A stretch of 64,000 nt of DNA. Origin: Naegleria gruberi (lineage: Eukaryota). Where the stretch lies: assembly GCA_000004985.1 (NCBI GenBank), contig GG738933.1; one strand, 5' to 3'. The position numbers were made by a program, and so were the translations under genes. This document shows positions 1 to 10,493 of this stretch, piece after piece. Numbering within the stretch: the stretch's first letter is position 1; every line of letters begins with the position of its first letter. Under the pieces are notes generated by a model, which was given only the letters and a program-made list of their open reading frames with translations, was not told the origin of the DNA and made no database searches.

Positions 1-296
1 ATTATTAATTCATTCGAAACGATCCAATTTTCCCGCCATAAATATTTAATATAAACACAATTCACTTAAACCAGTCAACTGTGACTGTTTAGAAATTCCA
101 CCATGGATATTTTAATAGTCGTGTGCATAAATCCAAAGGCCTAGGGTGCACTTTTAAAATGGCCGTCATTTCTCTAAAACCAACTGAAAGATTATCCTAG
201 GTGCCTAGTGCGTACTAATTCAAACCTATTTAAGCAACAAAAACAATTATTGCAATTCTTCAAATAATAATTCAAAAAAACAACAACAACAACAAA

Positions 297-1052
297 ATGT
301 CTACAACAACAAACAAATTAGTCGTCATTACAGGTGCTTCCAGTGGTATTGGTGAAGCTACTGCAGTTTTATTCGCTCAGAAGGGTTACAAGTTGCTTCT
401 CCTTGCTAGAAGAAAGGACAGATTGGAAGAATTGGTGAATGATAGTCGTTACTCTTTCAATCAAGATAATACTCTCATTCATCAATGTGATGTCACCAAT
501 GTTGAAGATATTCGTACAGGAGTTGAATTGGCAACCAAAAAGTTCAATTTACCAGTTGACTGTTTCATTAACAATGCTGGAATTGGTCATTCTTCTCCAC
601 TTTCTGAGCAATCATTAGATAAGCAATATGCTGTCATTGATGTCAATATCAAGGGTGTCCTCAACGGCATTAACGTCGTTGCCAAGGACATGGTCCAACG
701 ACAAGCAGGAACCATCATTAACATCAGCAGTATTGCTGGAAGAAAGACCATGGATGGTGCCTCAGTTTATTGTGGTTCAAAGTTTGCAGTTCATGCCATT
801 AGTGAAACATTGAGAAGTGAGGTTGCTTCTTCCAAGGTCAGAGTTGTTGTAATTTCACCTGGAGTGACAGAGAGTGAAATTACTGGACACGATGAGAAAC
901 TACACGAAATGGTTGAAGGAATGAAGAAGGGACTTACTTTGGGTATTCTAAAGGCACAAGATGTTGCCGAATCTATTCTGTATGCCTATCAAGCTCCTCC
1001 ACATGTTTGTTTGAGAGAAATTGTTTTGGCACCAACAGAACAATCCCTTTAA
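297..1052 (+). CDS. short-chain dehydrogenase/reductase (SDR) family oxidoreductase, single exon, 251 aa
   Basis: N-terminal TGASSGIGEA Rossmann motif; catalytic YCGSK (YxxxK) motif; ATG in A-rich context (caaaATGtct); TAA stop. Confidence 0.85.
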   Translation: MSTTTNKLVVITGASSGIGEATAVLFAQKGYKLLLLARRKDRLEELVNDSRYSFNQDNTLIHQCDVTNVEDIRTGVELATKKFNLPVDCFINNAGIGHSSPLSEQSLDKQYAVIDVNIKGVLNGINVVAKDMVQRQAGTIINISSIAGRKTMDGASVYCGSKFAVHAISETLRSEVASSKVRVVVISPGVTESEITGHDEKLHEMVEGMKKGLTLGILKAQDVAESILYAYQAPPHVCLREIVLAPTEQSL

Positions 1053-1335
1053 AAACATCACAGTGATAAGGAATGAACATGATAACAATTATATGTATTA
1101 TATATGTAAAATAGCAATAAATTGTCGCAATACCTCTCTTTTTGGTGTTAGTTACAAGTCAATCCAATAGTTGTAGCGCTCCTAATAGTCAATTGAGTAA
1201 TCATACATATGAATTGGAACAACTAATCTCTTTAAAGAGATTCTAAGAAGAAAAACCTTTGAATTAGAGGAGTCATATGGAGTATTGAAAAACGTTCATG
1301 TATCCAACTCACTTTTGTTTCAACAAATAACAATT

Positions 1336-3196
1336 TTACTGCACAATAACATCACAAAACTTATTCTGTAAGGCACAATTTAACATTCCTCTTTTGGCAT
1401 GGTGATCTATACGAATCAAATGAACCATGAAAAACATTGGTGAGCTCTGAATATCCTCAATTTGCCACCACTTTCTATTGCTCTCTGGAAGAATCAAATC
1501 AGTTATATTGACAGGTTTGGAAATATTGAAATGTGCATTGCAGGTGAGAGGTGAAATCATGTCATAATCATTTGATCCAGCTGCATAGATTTCATTCTCT
1601 CTGGTGATAAAGAATGTTGTGCTTCCCTTGGTGCAAATAACCTTTTTGATAAATTCATTTCTGATATTAATATGAGTGGGTGAGGTCACTTTAGTTTGCT
1701 TGGAAGGGAGGCAACATTGTGAGAAAGTATTTTGTCCACACATGTAAACTTGTCCAAATTTGCTTAAAAAAGCACTATATTGAGGTCCACATGAAATATC
1801 GACAATCTTATCCTGTTGATATGCCAATTGGATGGCAATCTTTTTAAATTTTTCAAAAAGTGTTGCATTAGTATCTGGATCAATTTGATTATAGAGATTA
1901 TATCCACATCCATAGACATTTCCTAAATTTGATAAACATAATGAATGTTCATCTCCACAGGCAACCTTTACAATAAATTCTTGTTCAGATTCGTATGGGA
2001 ATTTTACAAGTGTAAAATCTAGGATTCTATCCAACAAGGCGTCAACTCCACATTGTCCTTTTTCATTAATTCCTACTGAGAATACTTGTCCATTACTGGT
2101 TAAAACCAGTACATGATCTTGACCTAGAGCCACATCCACGACTTGTTGATTTTGAAAATATTCTGCAGGGATGTGGAATGGAACAAATGAATCTGAAAGG
2201 TCCTTCTTTCCCTTTCCTAATTGACCAAAAGAGTTGCAACCTTGACTGAGTAAAGATCCATCCTTTGTCAAGTAATAAGAAAATGTTCCAGTCACTAAAC
2301 ATCCACTTGAAAAACATTTTACAATATTCAACTCCTTTACAGAAAATGGTATTCTCTCTGGAATTAATTTTCATTAATTTTCACTGATATCAGTTTTGAA
2401 ACTTACCAAGAGTAGTGATTGGAATTTCTTCCCTTCCTTTCATTTCCAAATACTTGTCGTAATTAGTCAGAGTATTGGTATTTGAAATTTCCTTTTGACC
2501 ATGAATGCCTGACATGAGTGCCTCCTTAGAACAATTCCAAACAGTTCCATCAGAAAGAGCAAGAAAGGCACCATTCTCATTGAGTTGCACATCCACAACC
2601 GAAAGATATCGATCTGATTCACTTTCCTCTCCATTAATTCCAACCAAATCAATAAAACCTTTCAAGTTGTGTTTTTTAAGAGGATTTTCCTTTCTAATGA
2701 ACCAATCAGTTCTATTCATATCAGAAAATTGTGAAGAATTAGCCAAAACCTTCAATTCTCTCTTTGCTTTAGTGTCTTTAAAGTCTATATGCAAATATTT
2801 ACAATTCTTTCCAAATTGACAAGCAGGAGTCAATTGATTCAAATTATTCTCGGAAGATATTGCCACTTGTTTATAATGTTTACAAACAGCACTATGTGAA
2901 AATAGACATCTATCACCATAGGAACATCCCTTGTTATGATTCTGATTCTGATTTGATGATTCACCACCTCTCCATGATGATGATGATGAATTCCTCTCTG
3001 TTGTTTTTCTCTTATTATTATAATGAAAAGAGCACGGATTCTTCTCATAGAAGGAAGTATAGAATGGAAGTGATGCGATCATCAAGACTTTGTGTTCTCT
3101 CTCGTACCGATTAAAAGTCGATGAAGTTGCCAAATGATTAGACATTAAATTTAATCTACTATTATTAGTAATTAATGATGAGGATGATGGAAGCAT
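1336..3196 (-). CDS. RCC1-repeat protein with N-terminal S/N-rich region and CCCH-like zinc-finger motifs; 2 exons (3196..2407, 2357..1336) joined by a 49-nt GTAAGT...CCAG intron
   Basis: C-terminal exon has repeated GQLG/GQCG RCC1 blade motifs (SFGQLGKG, EKGQCGV, YGCGYNLYNQ). N-terminal exon has CSYGDRCLFSH and CQFGKNCKYLH. Minus-strand donor cttgGTAAGTtt at 2406 and acceptor aattccAG at 2358 restore the frame. Confidence 0.7.
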
Positions 3197-3430
3197 TTTT
3201 TAATAAATTGTTTGAATGAAGAATTGAATATCGGATCATCATCTATTATTATTGATAATCAATTGAAGAATGAACGTTTTTTTGTTTTTATCTATTTATA
3301 CATTGGTATCAAGCTTGAAATTTATCTTTTGCAATTTTTCTTTTCATCTTTAAATTTCTGGCCGTTATATATAAAATGAAAAGCCAGTAAAAAAATTTGT
3401 AGCAAATTTCTACATGCTTCATCAGCAACA

Positions 3431-4339
3431 GTTGAACAACAAGAACAAGAACAACATGAAGAAAGTATTTCAATCCTCTCATATAATGTAAATTTTGCTG
3501 GATGTGGACGTCAAACAGGAACCTACTCGAAGAGAAGAGGAGGTAAGAGAGTTGAGCAAGCCATCGAAGAGGCTATGCATCCACATCCTCATCATAATCA
3601 TCAAGCTGGTTGCGACTTGATTTGCCTGCAGGAAACTCATAAAGGATGGGAAAAGGCTCTAAATACATCTCTGATAATTTCCACTCATTTTCCTCATCAA
3701 TATTGGGATCATTCCAATGTGGAGCAGTGCAAACCGAGTGGAGCTGCTGTGTTGGCTAGGAGTTATTTGGATATTAAGGTAAGTGTTCTGGAGAGTGGTG
3801 TAGAGGGTTCTGTCTTTCCTGCCCTGCATGTTCTTGTGAAGGATAGGAGGAATGGCCACTCTTTTCAAGTGTTGAGTGTTCACTTGAGACCACCTCTTGG
3901 ATTTGATGATAACCAGAGGGCGAATATTGAACTGTCAGCTCTGTGGACAACTAGCTCAATACGTTTGAAGGAGATGCAGAGCTATTTGGAACAAGCTCTC
4001 AGATTGAGTTCACTTCCCTTGTTAATTGTTGGAGATTTTAATGAATCTTTTGAATCTGGAAGTTGGCTCTCTCCATCCTATGCAGATTTCCTGATGGAAA
4101 AGAAGGTATGTTATTTAGAATTTGAATTGTCTTTTTCATTTGAATAGTTTGTTGATGCATTGGATAATGAAACGAGTTGGTATTGGCCATTAAGATGGAA
4201 TATTTCAATGTGGGCATCGTTTGATCACATTCTTTATAAGAAGGAGGAGTTTGAAGTGGTGGAAAAGAAGATATTGGTGGAATTTAAAGAGAATGCTTCA
4301 GACCATTTGCCTTGCTTGGCAAGATTGAAAACAAGGTGA
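3431..4339 (+). CDS. endonuclease/exonuclease/phosphatase (EEP) family protein; 3' part is 2 exons (..4106, 4148..4339) with a 41-nt GTATGT..AATAG intron; true start codon upstream not resolved
   Basis: EEP motifs LSYNVNFAG, LICLQETHK, LLIVGDFNE and, after the intron, SDHLPCLARL. The reading frame is open from 3380 with no ATG until 3575, so the 5' end is uncertain. Confidence 0.6.
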
Positions 4340-4405
4340 AAAATACAATCTCCCTTACAAATCTGTTTAAAATCAATTACGGTAATCTTTATTTATTGAT
4401 AAGAA

Positions 4406-4478
4406 GCCGACATAGCTCAGTTGGGAGAGCGTAAGACTGAAGATCTTAAGGTCCCTGGTTCGATCCCTGGTGTCGGCA
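4406..4478 (+). tRNA. tRNA-Phe (anticodon GAA)
   Basis: 73-nt cloverleaf. Acceptor GCCGACA/TGTCGGC plus discriminator A; D-arm GCTCAGTTGGGAGAGC; anticodon loop CTGAAGA; variable loop AGGTC; T-arm CCTGG-TTCGATC-CCTGG. One T/T mismatch in the T-stem relative to canonical Phe tRNAs. Confidence 0.8.
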
Positions 4479-4707
4479 AATTTTAGTTGCAAGATAAAGG
4501 CAATTTTTTGTGGATCCTTGGCTCTGTTAATTGTGGAGATTGAACATTATTCAAAATGATGTTTATTTTCTTGGTTTCTTTCTAGTTGTAAATCAAGTAT
4601 TTTGTCTTCCAATGACTTTGGAAATAATCTCATCTACTTGATCATAATTCAAAAATTGTCTCCCACTCTTTAATCACAATTTTCTTTTATTTACTATTTA
4701 CATGCAA

Positions 4708-5745
4708 CTACCTGTTCAAATACCATTCCAAGACAAGTCCTAAAACTAGTGAGGCCATTGAAAAAGCCAACATGTACCAGGTAATTTCCAAAAAGACATA
4801 GGCAAAGCCACCTACTGTTCTCTTTGCAATTCTGACCATGAGATACCTGAATATTTGAAACACCACCCTGATATAACTTGCCTTTGCTAGTCCTTCTCCA
4901 TTTCTAAACATTTCTATCAAGTTTTTGTGAGCTATCGAATTGAATCTTACTTGTTTAAACAATTCTAAGGATTTGAATGGATTTTTAGAAATGACACCGT
5001 CAGGAGAACCACTTCTCAAGAGGAGTGCTTGTTCCAAGATTGCCTTCTTGTAGTTTCTTGAAGCAGCAACATTAAAATGATCCATTGCCCTTTCGTATTG
5101 TTTAGTTTTAAGGTAAAACTTTCCCAATGCATAGTGAGCAAAATTGGAATCAAATATTTCAACCAATTCAATCAAATAGGTTTCAACAGTCGATTCAACA
5201 AGTTTCTGATTCGTCCAATCTCTGGATGCATCATATTTTGCAAGTAAGGTTTCGTATTTTCCAACTCTGACTGTCGAAACAAATCCCAAATAGGAAATAG
5301 TGGCCAGAAGTAATTGAGCTTGCTTTAATCCATTTTCAGAAGCCATTACAAGAGGTGACACATCATCAATAATTTGCTTTGAATCGAACAATAGTAAGCT
5401 ATGTAAATAGAGAGCAACTTGATTATTGTTTTGGAAAGTGTAGAATCCGAACCAATTTTTAGTAAATTCGCCAAGTTTCTTATTTGCATAGGCATAGTTT
5501 TGTTTTCTCATTTCTGAGGATATTTCTTGTACTAGATAGTCAGGCATGGAATAGTTGTGATAGGATCGGAATGTAGATGATCCACTAGTAGTATTGGTGA
5601 ATGAAATGTTGTGTGAAATAGGTTTCGTCGAGTTTCCTTTTTGTCCAAAGAAGATTAATCTCTTAACAAAGTTGAGAATAGGACCTGAACTTTCAGAAGC
5701 TTTGATTATATTTCTGACAATTGGTGTTGATGATCTTGATAACAT
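4708..5745 (-). CDS. hypothetical protein with Sel1/TPR-like repeats and a C-terminal hydrophobic segment, 345 aa
   Basis: ATG at 5745 with A-rich upstream. Repeats of the type YALGKFYLKTKQYERAMDHFNVAASRNYKKAILEQALLL resemble Sel1-like repeats. Confidence 0.5.
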   Translation of the reverse strand: MLSRSSTPIVRNIIKASESSGPILNFVKRLIFFGQKGNSTKPISHNISFTNTTSGSSTFRSYHNYSMPDYLVQEISSEMRKQNYAYANKKLGEFTKNWFGFYTFQNNNQVALYLHSLLLFDSKQIIDDVSPLVMASENGLKQAQLLLATISYLGFVSTVRVGKYETLLAKYDASRDWTNQKLVESTVETYLIELVEIFDSNFAHYALGKFYLKTKQYERAMDHFNVAASRNYKKAILEQALLLRSGSPDGVISKNPFKSLELFKQVRFNSIAHKNLIEMFRNGEGLAKASYIRVVFQIFRYLMVRIAKRTVGGFAYVFLEITWYMLAFSMASLVLGLVLEWYLNR

Positions 5746-6011
5746 TTTTTTTGTGTTGTTTCGTATTCAAACTTTTTCAAACTATTTATATTGTTTTTGG
5801 AATAGTTATAAATAAATCATTTTAATGATTGCAAGGACTTTCAATCAAAATCCTTTTTATAAAATTTCAACAAGTTATTTCTGTTTAATCACCTTGAGAA
5901 TCCAGAATACTAAATTTATCTCAGGTTTAGTATTTAAGTAAAAAGGAAATGAACATTTTCATCAAAATATTTATTTACAATACTTTACAATGTTAATATT
6001 TTACATTCCTG

Positions 6012-6782
6012 CTATTTTCTAAAAACAGGTTTTTCCAGAACTTTGATTTTTGTAATGTGAATTTCTTCCTCTAGCGGATAAATATTTTCACATCTTGTTC
6101 GAATTTCATTGCTCATTCCACATTTGATAGCCATTCGTTCAACAAATTCAAGGATTTTCATTTGGGATATTTTCTTTGAAATGACATCTGTCATAACAGT
6201 TCTGATTTTCTTGATTTGAGACTTGTTGGCATAGGATGTCTTTTTAAATTGCAAAGCTTTCATTCTTGTGCTTGCTATCATGAATATTCTAATCTTGTAT
6301 CCATCCAAACTCTTAAATTCATGATTCAAAGTGATGGTTGAGTGAAATCGTTTCGTCAAAGTTGCCAATTTATCTTTGGTCAATCTGAATCCATTAAATT
6401 CTGTGTCTGCATGTTGTGGTATCGGAATGTTATTGATCTTCAAGTTTACAATATTATAATTCATTTCCTCTTTGATTGATGGCATAATGTCAGGAGCCGA
6501 AACTTCCAATGTTCGATTGAGCACTTTTTCAAACGTTGGTGTATGGTTGACAGTTTTTTTCAATTTTTCCTGCAAGTGAATAGTGTGCTTTGATTCTGTA
6601 ATTGGTGTCACTAAAGGAGGATAGCTCCCTTGATTAGTGACAGTTGCAAATTCCATATACTTTGATTTTTCATAGCAAAGATATGGTGACTGGATGAGAA
6701 AGTATTGTTTTCTAAATTCAAATTGTGGTAATCTGTGCCTCACTTTCCTTCTAGATAGAAATGCGCTTTTTTTGGCAGGCAT
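6012..6782 (-). CDS. hypothetical protein, 256 aa (MPAKKSAF...)
   Basis: ATG in a taaaaaaaaATG context; no recognisable domain. Confidence 0.5.
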   Translation of the reverse strand: MPAKKSAFLSRRKVRHRLPQFEFRKQYFLIQSPYLCYEKSKYMEFATVTNQGSYPPLVTPITESKHTIHLQEKLKKTVNHTPTFEKVLNRTLEVSAPDIMPSIKEEMNYNIVNLKINNIPIPQHADTEFNGFRLTKDKLATLTKRFHSTITLNHEFKSLDGYKIRIFMIASTRMKALQFKKTSYANKSQIKKIRTVMTDVISKKISQMKILEFVERMAIKCGMSNEIRTRCENIYPLEEEIHITKIKVLEKPVFRK

Positions 6783-7140
6783 TTTTTTTTAATCTTCCAG
6801 TTCAAATTGCCAGTTTCTAATAATAAATTGAAACCATTTCGTAGTAATGGACGTATTTTCTGAAAATGAAAAGATAGTTTTTCGTTTGTTGTAATTTCTT
6901 ATTGAGAACTCAGTAACAAAGATGTCCCTTAATGTTGTTGAGTGGTGAACAATATTCATTTTGCTTGACTTCAATTGATCGAACATGGTAACTATCGCTG
7001 TCACGCGTCAAGAATCTATTTCAAGAAATAATTGTTGACAGAAGAATATTCAAACAAATCACAAAAAAACAAAGCCAACTAACATTCTCCACAAACCACT
7101 TCCAAGATTGGCATGTTTGCATACCATCTAATAACTTCCC

Positions 7141-7602
7141 ATGCCACATCACACAAGACAGGATTTATCCGAATCTTGTGATTCATCCAATAATAACAAT
7201 AACTCTTTCATTCCCTTCTATATGAGGGATGATTTACCAACCAACAGACAATCAAAAGCAAGAGTCAACCAGAGAAGAAGAAGAAAAACCGTTCAAGATG
7301 TTCTCCAACAAAAGGTTTCTGCTTCTCCTTCGAATAATAATAATTTGATATCAGCTGCTGCTGGACCTAATATTCAACATCCTTCCTCTAATAATATTAA
7401 TATTAATAATAATTTGAATAATAGTAATGGAGGTTTCTTGTCATCTCTTCAACAACAACAACAGAATAATAATAATAATAATTATACATCATCAACTAAT
7501 ATTCATCATCAACCTCCGTTGGCTCCCAAACCTCCTCAATTATTAAGTAATAATAATAATATTCTAATGGAATTCATTCGGTTGCAACAAATACACCACT
7601 GA
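7141..7602 (+). CDS. N-rich low-complexity ORF (153 aa) with a basic RRRRK motif; possibly the 5' part of the next gene
   Basis: ATG-initiated ORF with (AAT)n codon runs. It sits in a different frame from the downstream ORF, and I found no consistent intron to join them. Confidence 0.35.
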   Translation: MPHHTRQDLSESCDSSNNNNNSFIPFYMRDDLPTNRQSKARVNQRRRRKTVQDVLQQKVSASPSNNNNLISAAAGPNIQHPSSNNININNNLNNSNGGFLSSLQQQQQNNNNNNYTSSTNIHHQPPLAPKPPQLLSNNNNILMEFIRLQQIHH

Positions 7603-7622
7603 ATATTCTACCAAAGACTTTA

Positions 7623-10256
7623 ATGCAACAAACAAAACAAATTAATTCTCATCCTCATCCGCACCAACAACAACATCATCATCATGTACCAATTCTTCCA
7701 AAGCAACAACCTTCCATATCACCTCGACCTCCTCCGACTGCGCATGTTAATCCAAATCAATATCCTCTACCATTCCCTCCTTCTCCCCTCACCTACCAAC
7801 ACTACTATCAACAACAACAACAATACGCTCTCAATCAAAACAGCAGCAACAATAATCAACAATCCGTAACGACACCTCCTCAAGGCATTTTCCCCGCTCA
7901 AACTTTTACAGAAATTACAACAAAATTTGGCGGCAGTGTGCAATATAGAAATCGAAAAAGTTTGGGAAGCGAGCAAGAAAAATTGTCATCGTCATCTTCC
8001 TCCTCGCACTCAGATGTGATTCATCACCATCATCACAACATTAATAGTAGTAGTAACAATTTTAGTGGTGGAGAGAAACAACGAATTCAATTAGGGCTAC
8101 ATCAACAACAACAACATCATGGAATTATTTCTACGAGTGCTGCCTCGAATAATATTGAAAGTAGTGTGGTAATTATTGGAGAGAGTAGGAGACCAACAAT
8201 AGCAAATAGTATAAATAATAATGGAAAGGGTAGTGGAGAGGAAATGTTGATTGATTCAACTCCAACTCCAAAGGTATTTACACCAAGAACGACGAGTAGT
8301 AGCATGGTAAAGAAGGAAGAGCATGAAGGAAAGAAGCCATTGTCAATTTCATCATTTCTCTCTGCTCAATCTGGTAATCCTACGGCTTCAGCATCATCAG
8401 CAAGTAGAGCTCCAACTTCTCCACGTTCCAATTATATTAATGGAGTCAAGACTGTTTCTACAGCAGCTGTTCACAGATTGAAACGTTTGCAACAACAGAT
8501 TCGTTCCTCTGATTTGCATGCTATCAACTCATCTGCACAAGTATTGAACTATTTAAAGATGGTACAACAACAGCAACAAGCTTATATTCAACAAAGAATG
8601 ATGCTTCAATCAAGTTCCATTCCTTCCCTGAATATTTCTGTCAATCATATTAAGAATCAATTGTACAATCCTAACTCTGTAACTCCATCTTCCACAGCAA
8701 CAAATGCTGCTGCCAACAATAATTCACAAGAATATTTACCATCTACCTTTATACCTTCCTATCAATTGGATCCAACTGTGGATATGATGATTTCTAATTG
8801 GGAAAATCAAATCAGACAACGTCAACGACAACAGAAAATGCAAAAGTATAGAGTTCCAAATCTTCGTATTCCTCCACAAGATTTTGCCTCTAACTTTATG
8901 ATTGATTCCTCATCGAGTGGAGGAAGCAGTAAGGGATCTCATTCAGATCGTTCTGAAGCTTGGATGAGTGCACGATTTGCAAGCTCCACCATCAGTAGTG
9001 GAAGAGGAACACTAAGTAGTGGACTGGGAATTTCTCCACTCAATTCACCTAGTTCTTCTTGTGGAACTGTTAGTGACTGTGGTGTGCACTATACTGCCGA
9101 TCCAAATGATCTCATATCACCTAGGATTCAACATCATTCCAGACATAGTCACATGCTCATTACTGCCGAACAATTGTCTCCAGAGGATGGAGACAATGAT
9201 GACGAAGATGATGAGGATGGAGACACACTCATGATTGATGATTCTTCCCCAACAGCTCCTAACAAGGTTCTTCCACCAATTTCTACTTTGAATTTACCAC
9301 CACTCAACTTGCTCTCTATTTCTCCTAGTACTGGTGATCATCAACAAGATCATTCTAAGAGTTGTCCAAATTCTGTCTCTAATAGGGAAAGTGACCAAGG
9401 AATTCAAACACTGTTTGGTTCAGGAAGTCACAAATCAGTTCAACCAAATCCAATTTCACTCAACAATACACCACCAGTGAGTCATGGTACTACATATAGA
9501 CCAGAAGGATTCATTACACATCGTTCACATCAACAACACTATATCAATAATCATCATTCTAATTTAACATCATCGTCAGGAAAACAAATTCATCACCAAG
9601 TTCATTCTACCCAACGAAGAGTTGATTCTCAACATGTTGAAAGTTTAATTTCCTCAACCAATGTATGTCCATCTCCAAAACGTTCAAACCATCAATATCA
9701 TCCATATCCTCTCACCAGTCCTAGATCTAAAAAGAAGAAGGTATCCACTCAAGATCAACCAACAGAGATTGAATCTATTTCATTCAATTTCCCTCCACCT
9801 CCTACTTCAAATCCATCTGAGTCATCATCCAATGAACAAGTTGCCAATCAGGAAGAAATTCAACAACGTATGTCCATGCAACTTTTCCAAGCCATTTTCA
9901 GACATACACCTCTACCAATGTTCATTCTCAATTCCAAGGGTAAATTCATGTCTGTTAATCATGCCTTTGTTAACATGCTAGGTTATAATCAAGAGGATCT
10001 CTTTTCCAACAAGTTTGCCTCTGAATTTGTTTCGAATGAACACGAATTGATGCAACAAATTCACAAATGCTCACACGAGGGAGGACTGAACAATGGAGTA
10101 GCAAATCAACAACACTATTCATTGTCTTTTAAGGATTATGAAGGATTGGAAATTCAAGCAGAAAATACCATTTACGTTCTCAGAGATGTCATGTATGCAG
10201 GAGAATTCTTTGTATTCACAGTTACCAACTATCAATCTTCTGCCTCACGTGAATAA
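7623..10256 (+). CDS. large Q/N/H/S-rich low-complexity protein (877 aa) with a C-terminal PAS-like domain
   Basis: poly-Q/His/Asn tracts. The C-terminal segment AIFRHTPLPMFILNSKGKFMSVNHAFVNMLGYNQEDLFSNKF matches the PAS-fold pattern (...ILD.DG.I.YVN.A...LGY...EL.GK). Confidence 0.6.
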   Translation: MQQTKQINSHPHPHQQQHHHHVPILPKQQPSISPRPPPTAHVNPNQYPLPFPPSPLTYQHYYQQQQQYALNQNSSNNNQQSVTTPPQGIFPAQTFTEITTKFGGSVQYRNRKSLGSEQEKLSSSSSSSHSDVIHHHHHNINSSSNNFSGGEKQRIQLGLHQQQQHHGIISTSAASNNIESSVVIIGESRRPTIANSINNNGKGSGEEMLIDSTPTPKVFTPRTTSSSMVKKEEHEGKKPLSISSFLSAQSGNPTASASSASRAPTSPRSNYINGVKTVSTAAVHRLKRLQQQIRSSDLHAINSSAQVLNYLKMVQQQQQAYIQQRMMLQSSSIPSLNISVNHIKNQLYNPNSVTPSSTATNAAANNNSQEYLPSTFIPSYQLDPTVDMMISNWENQIRQRQRQQKMQKYRVPNLRIPPQDFASNFMIDSSSSGGSSKGSHSDRSEAWMSARFASSTISSGRGTLSSGLGISPLNSPSSSCGTVSDCGVHYTADPNDLISPRIQHHSRHSHMLITAEQLSPEDGDNDDEDDEDGDTLMIDDSSPTAPNKVLPPISTLNLPPLNLLSISPSTGDHQQDHSKSCPNSVSNRESDQGIQTLFGSGSHKSVQPNPISLNNTPPVSHGTTYRPEGFITHRSHQQHYINNHHSNLTSSSGKQIHHQVHSTQRRVDSQHVESLISSTNVCPSPKRSNHQYHPYPLTSPRSKKKKVSTQDQPTEIESISFNFPPPPTSNPSESSSNEQVANQEEIQQRMSMQLFQAIFRHTPLPMFILNSKGKFMSVNHAFVNMLGYNQEDLFSNKFASEFVSNEHELMQQIHKCSHEGGLNNGVANQQHYSLSFKDYEGLEIQAENTIYVLRDVMYAGEFFVFTVTNYQSSASRE

Positions 10257-10493
10257 ATTGATGACTTTGAATTTCTCATTAGATCATTTTACTGTTTGAA
10301 CTAAGCGCTTGGATTGATTGGGAAAATAATAATTAGCCAGACATGTAATGAAGTATTTGAAAAAGCTACTTTAAGAAAGTTAGACGAAACTTGTACATTC
10401 TAAAATAGGAAAAACACTTGACAATTCAAACGCTTCTTTGATATTTAAACAATCACATGTGGGAAGAACCAACAACATCATTATCAAAAAAAA

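Noticed and set aside
2093-2374. Numerous 60-110-aa ORFs on the opposite strand inside long genes (e.g. 628..813, 2467..2652, 7767..7976, 18248..18466, 21577..21852, 61572..61928)
   Set aside because: They are mirror or overlap ORFs of low-complexity coding sequence and retroelement ORFs, with no start context or domain signal.
3431-4339. EEP-domain gene next to the tRNA as a relic of a tRNA-targeting retrotransposon endonuclease
   Set aside because: It contains a spliceosomal intron, has no RT-like sequence downstream, and its motifs look like cellular EEP proteins rather than the APE domain of the retroelement ORF2 in this window.
4406-4478. Calling the tRNA-Phe a pseudogene because of the T-stem T-T mismatch
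   Set aside because: All other stems, the conserved D/T-loop residues and the GAA anticodon loop are canonical. One mismatch is insufficient, so it is kept as a tRNA with a note.
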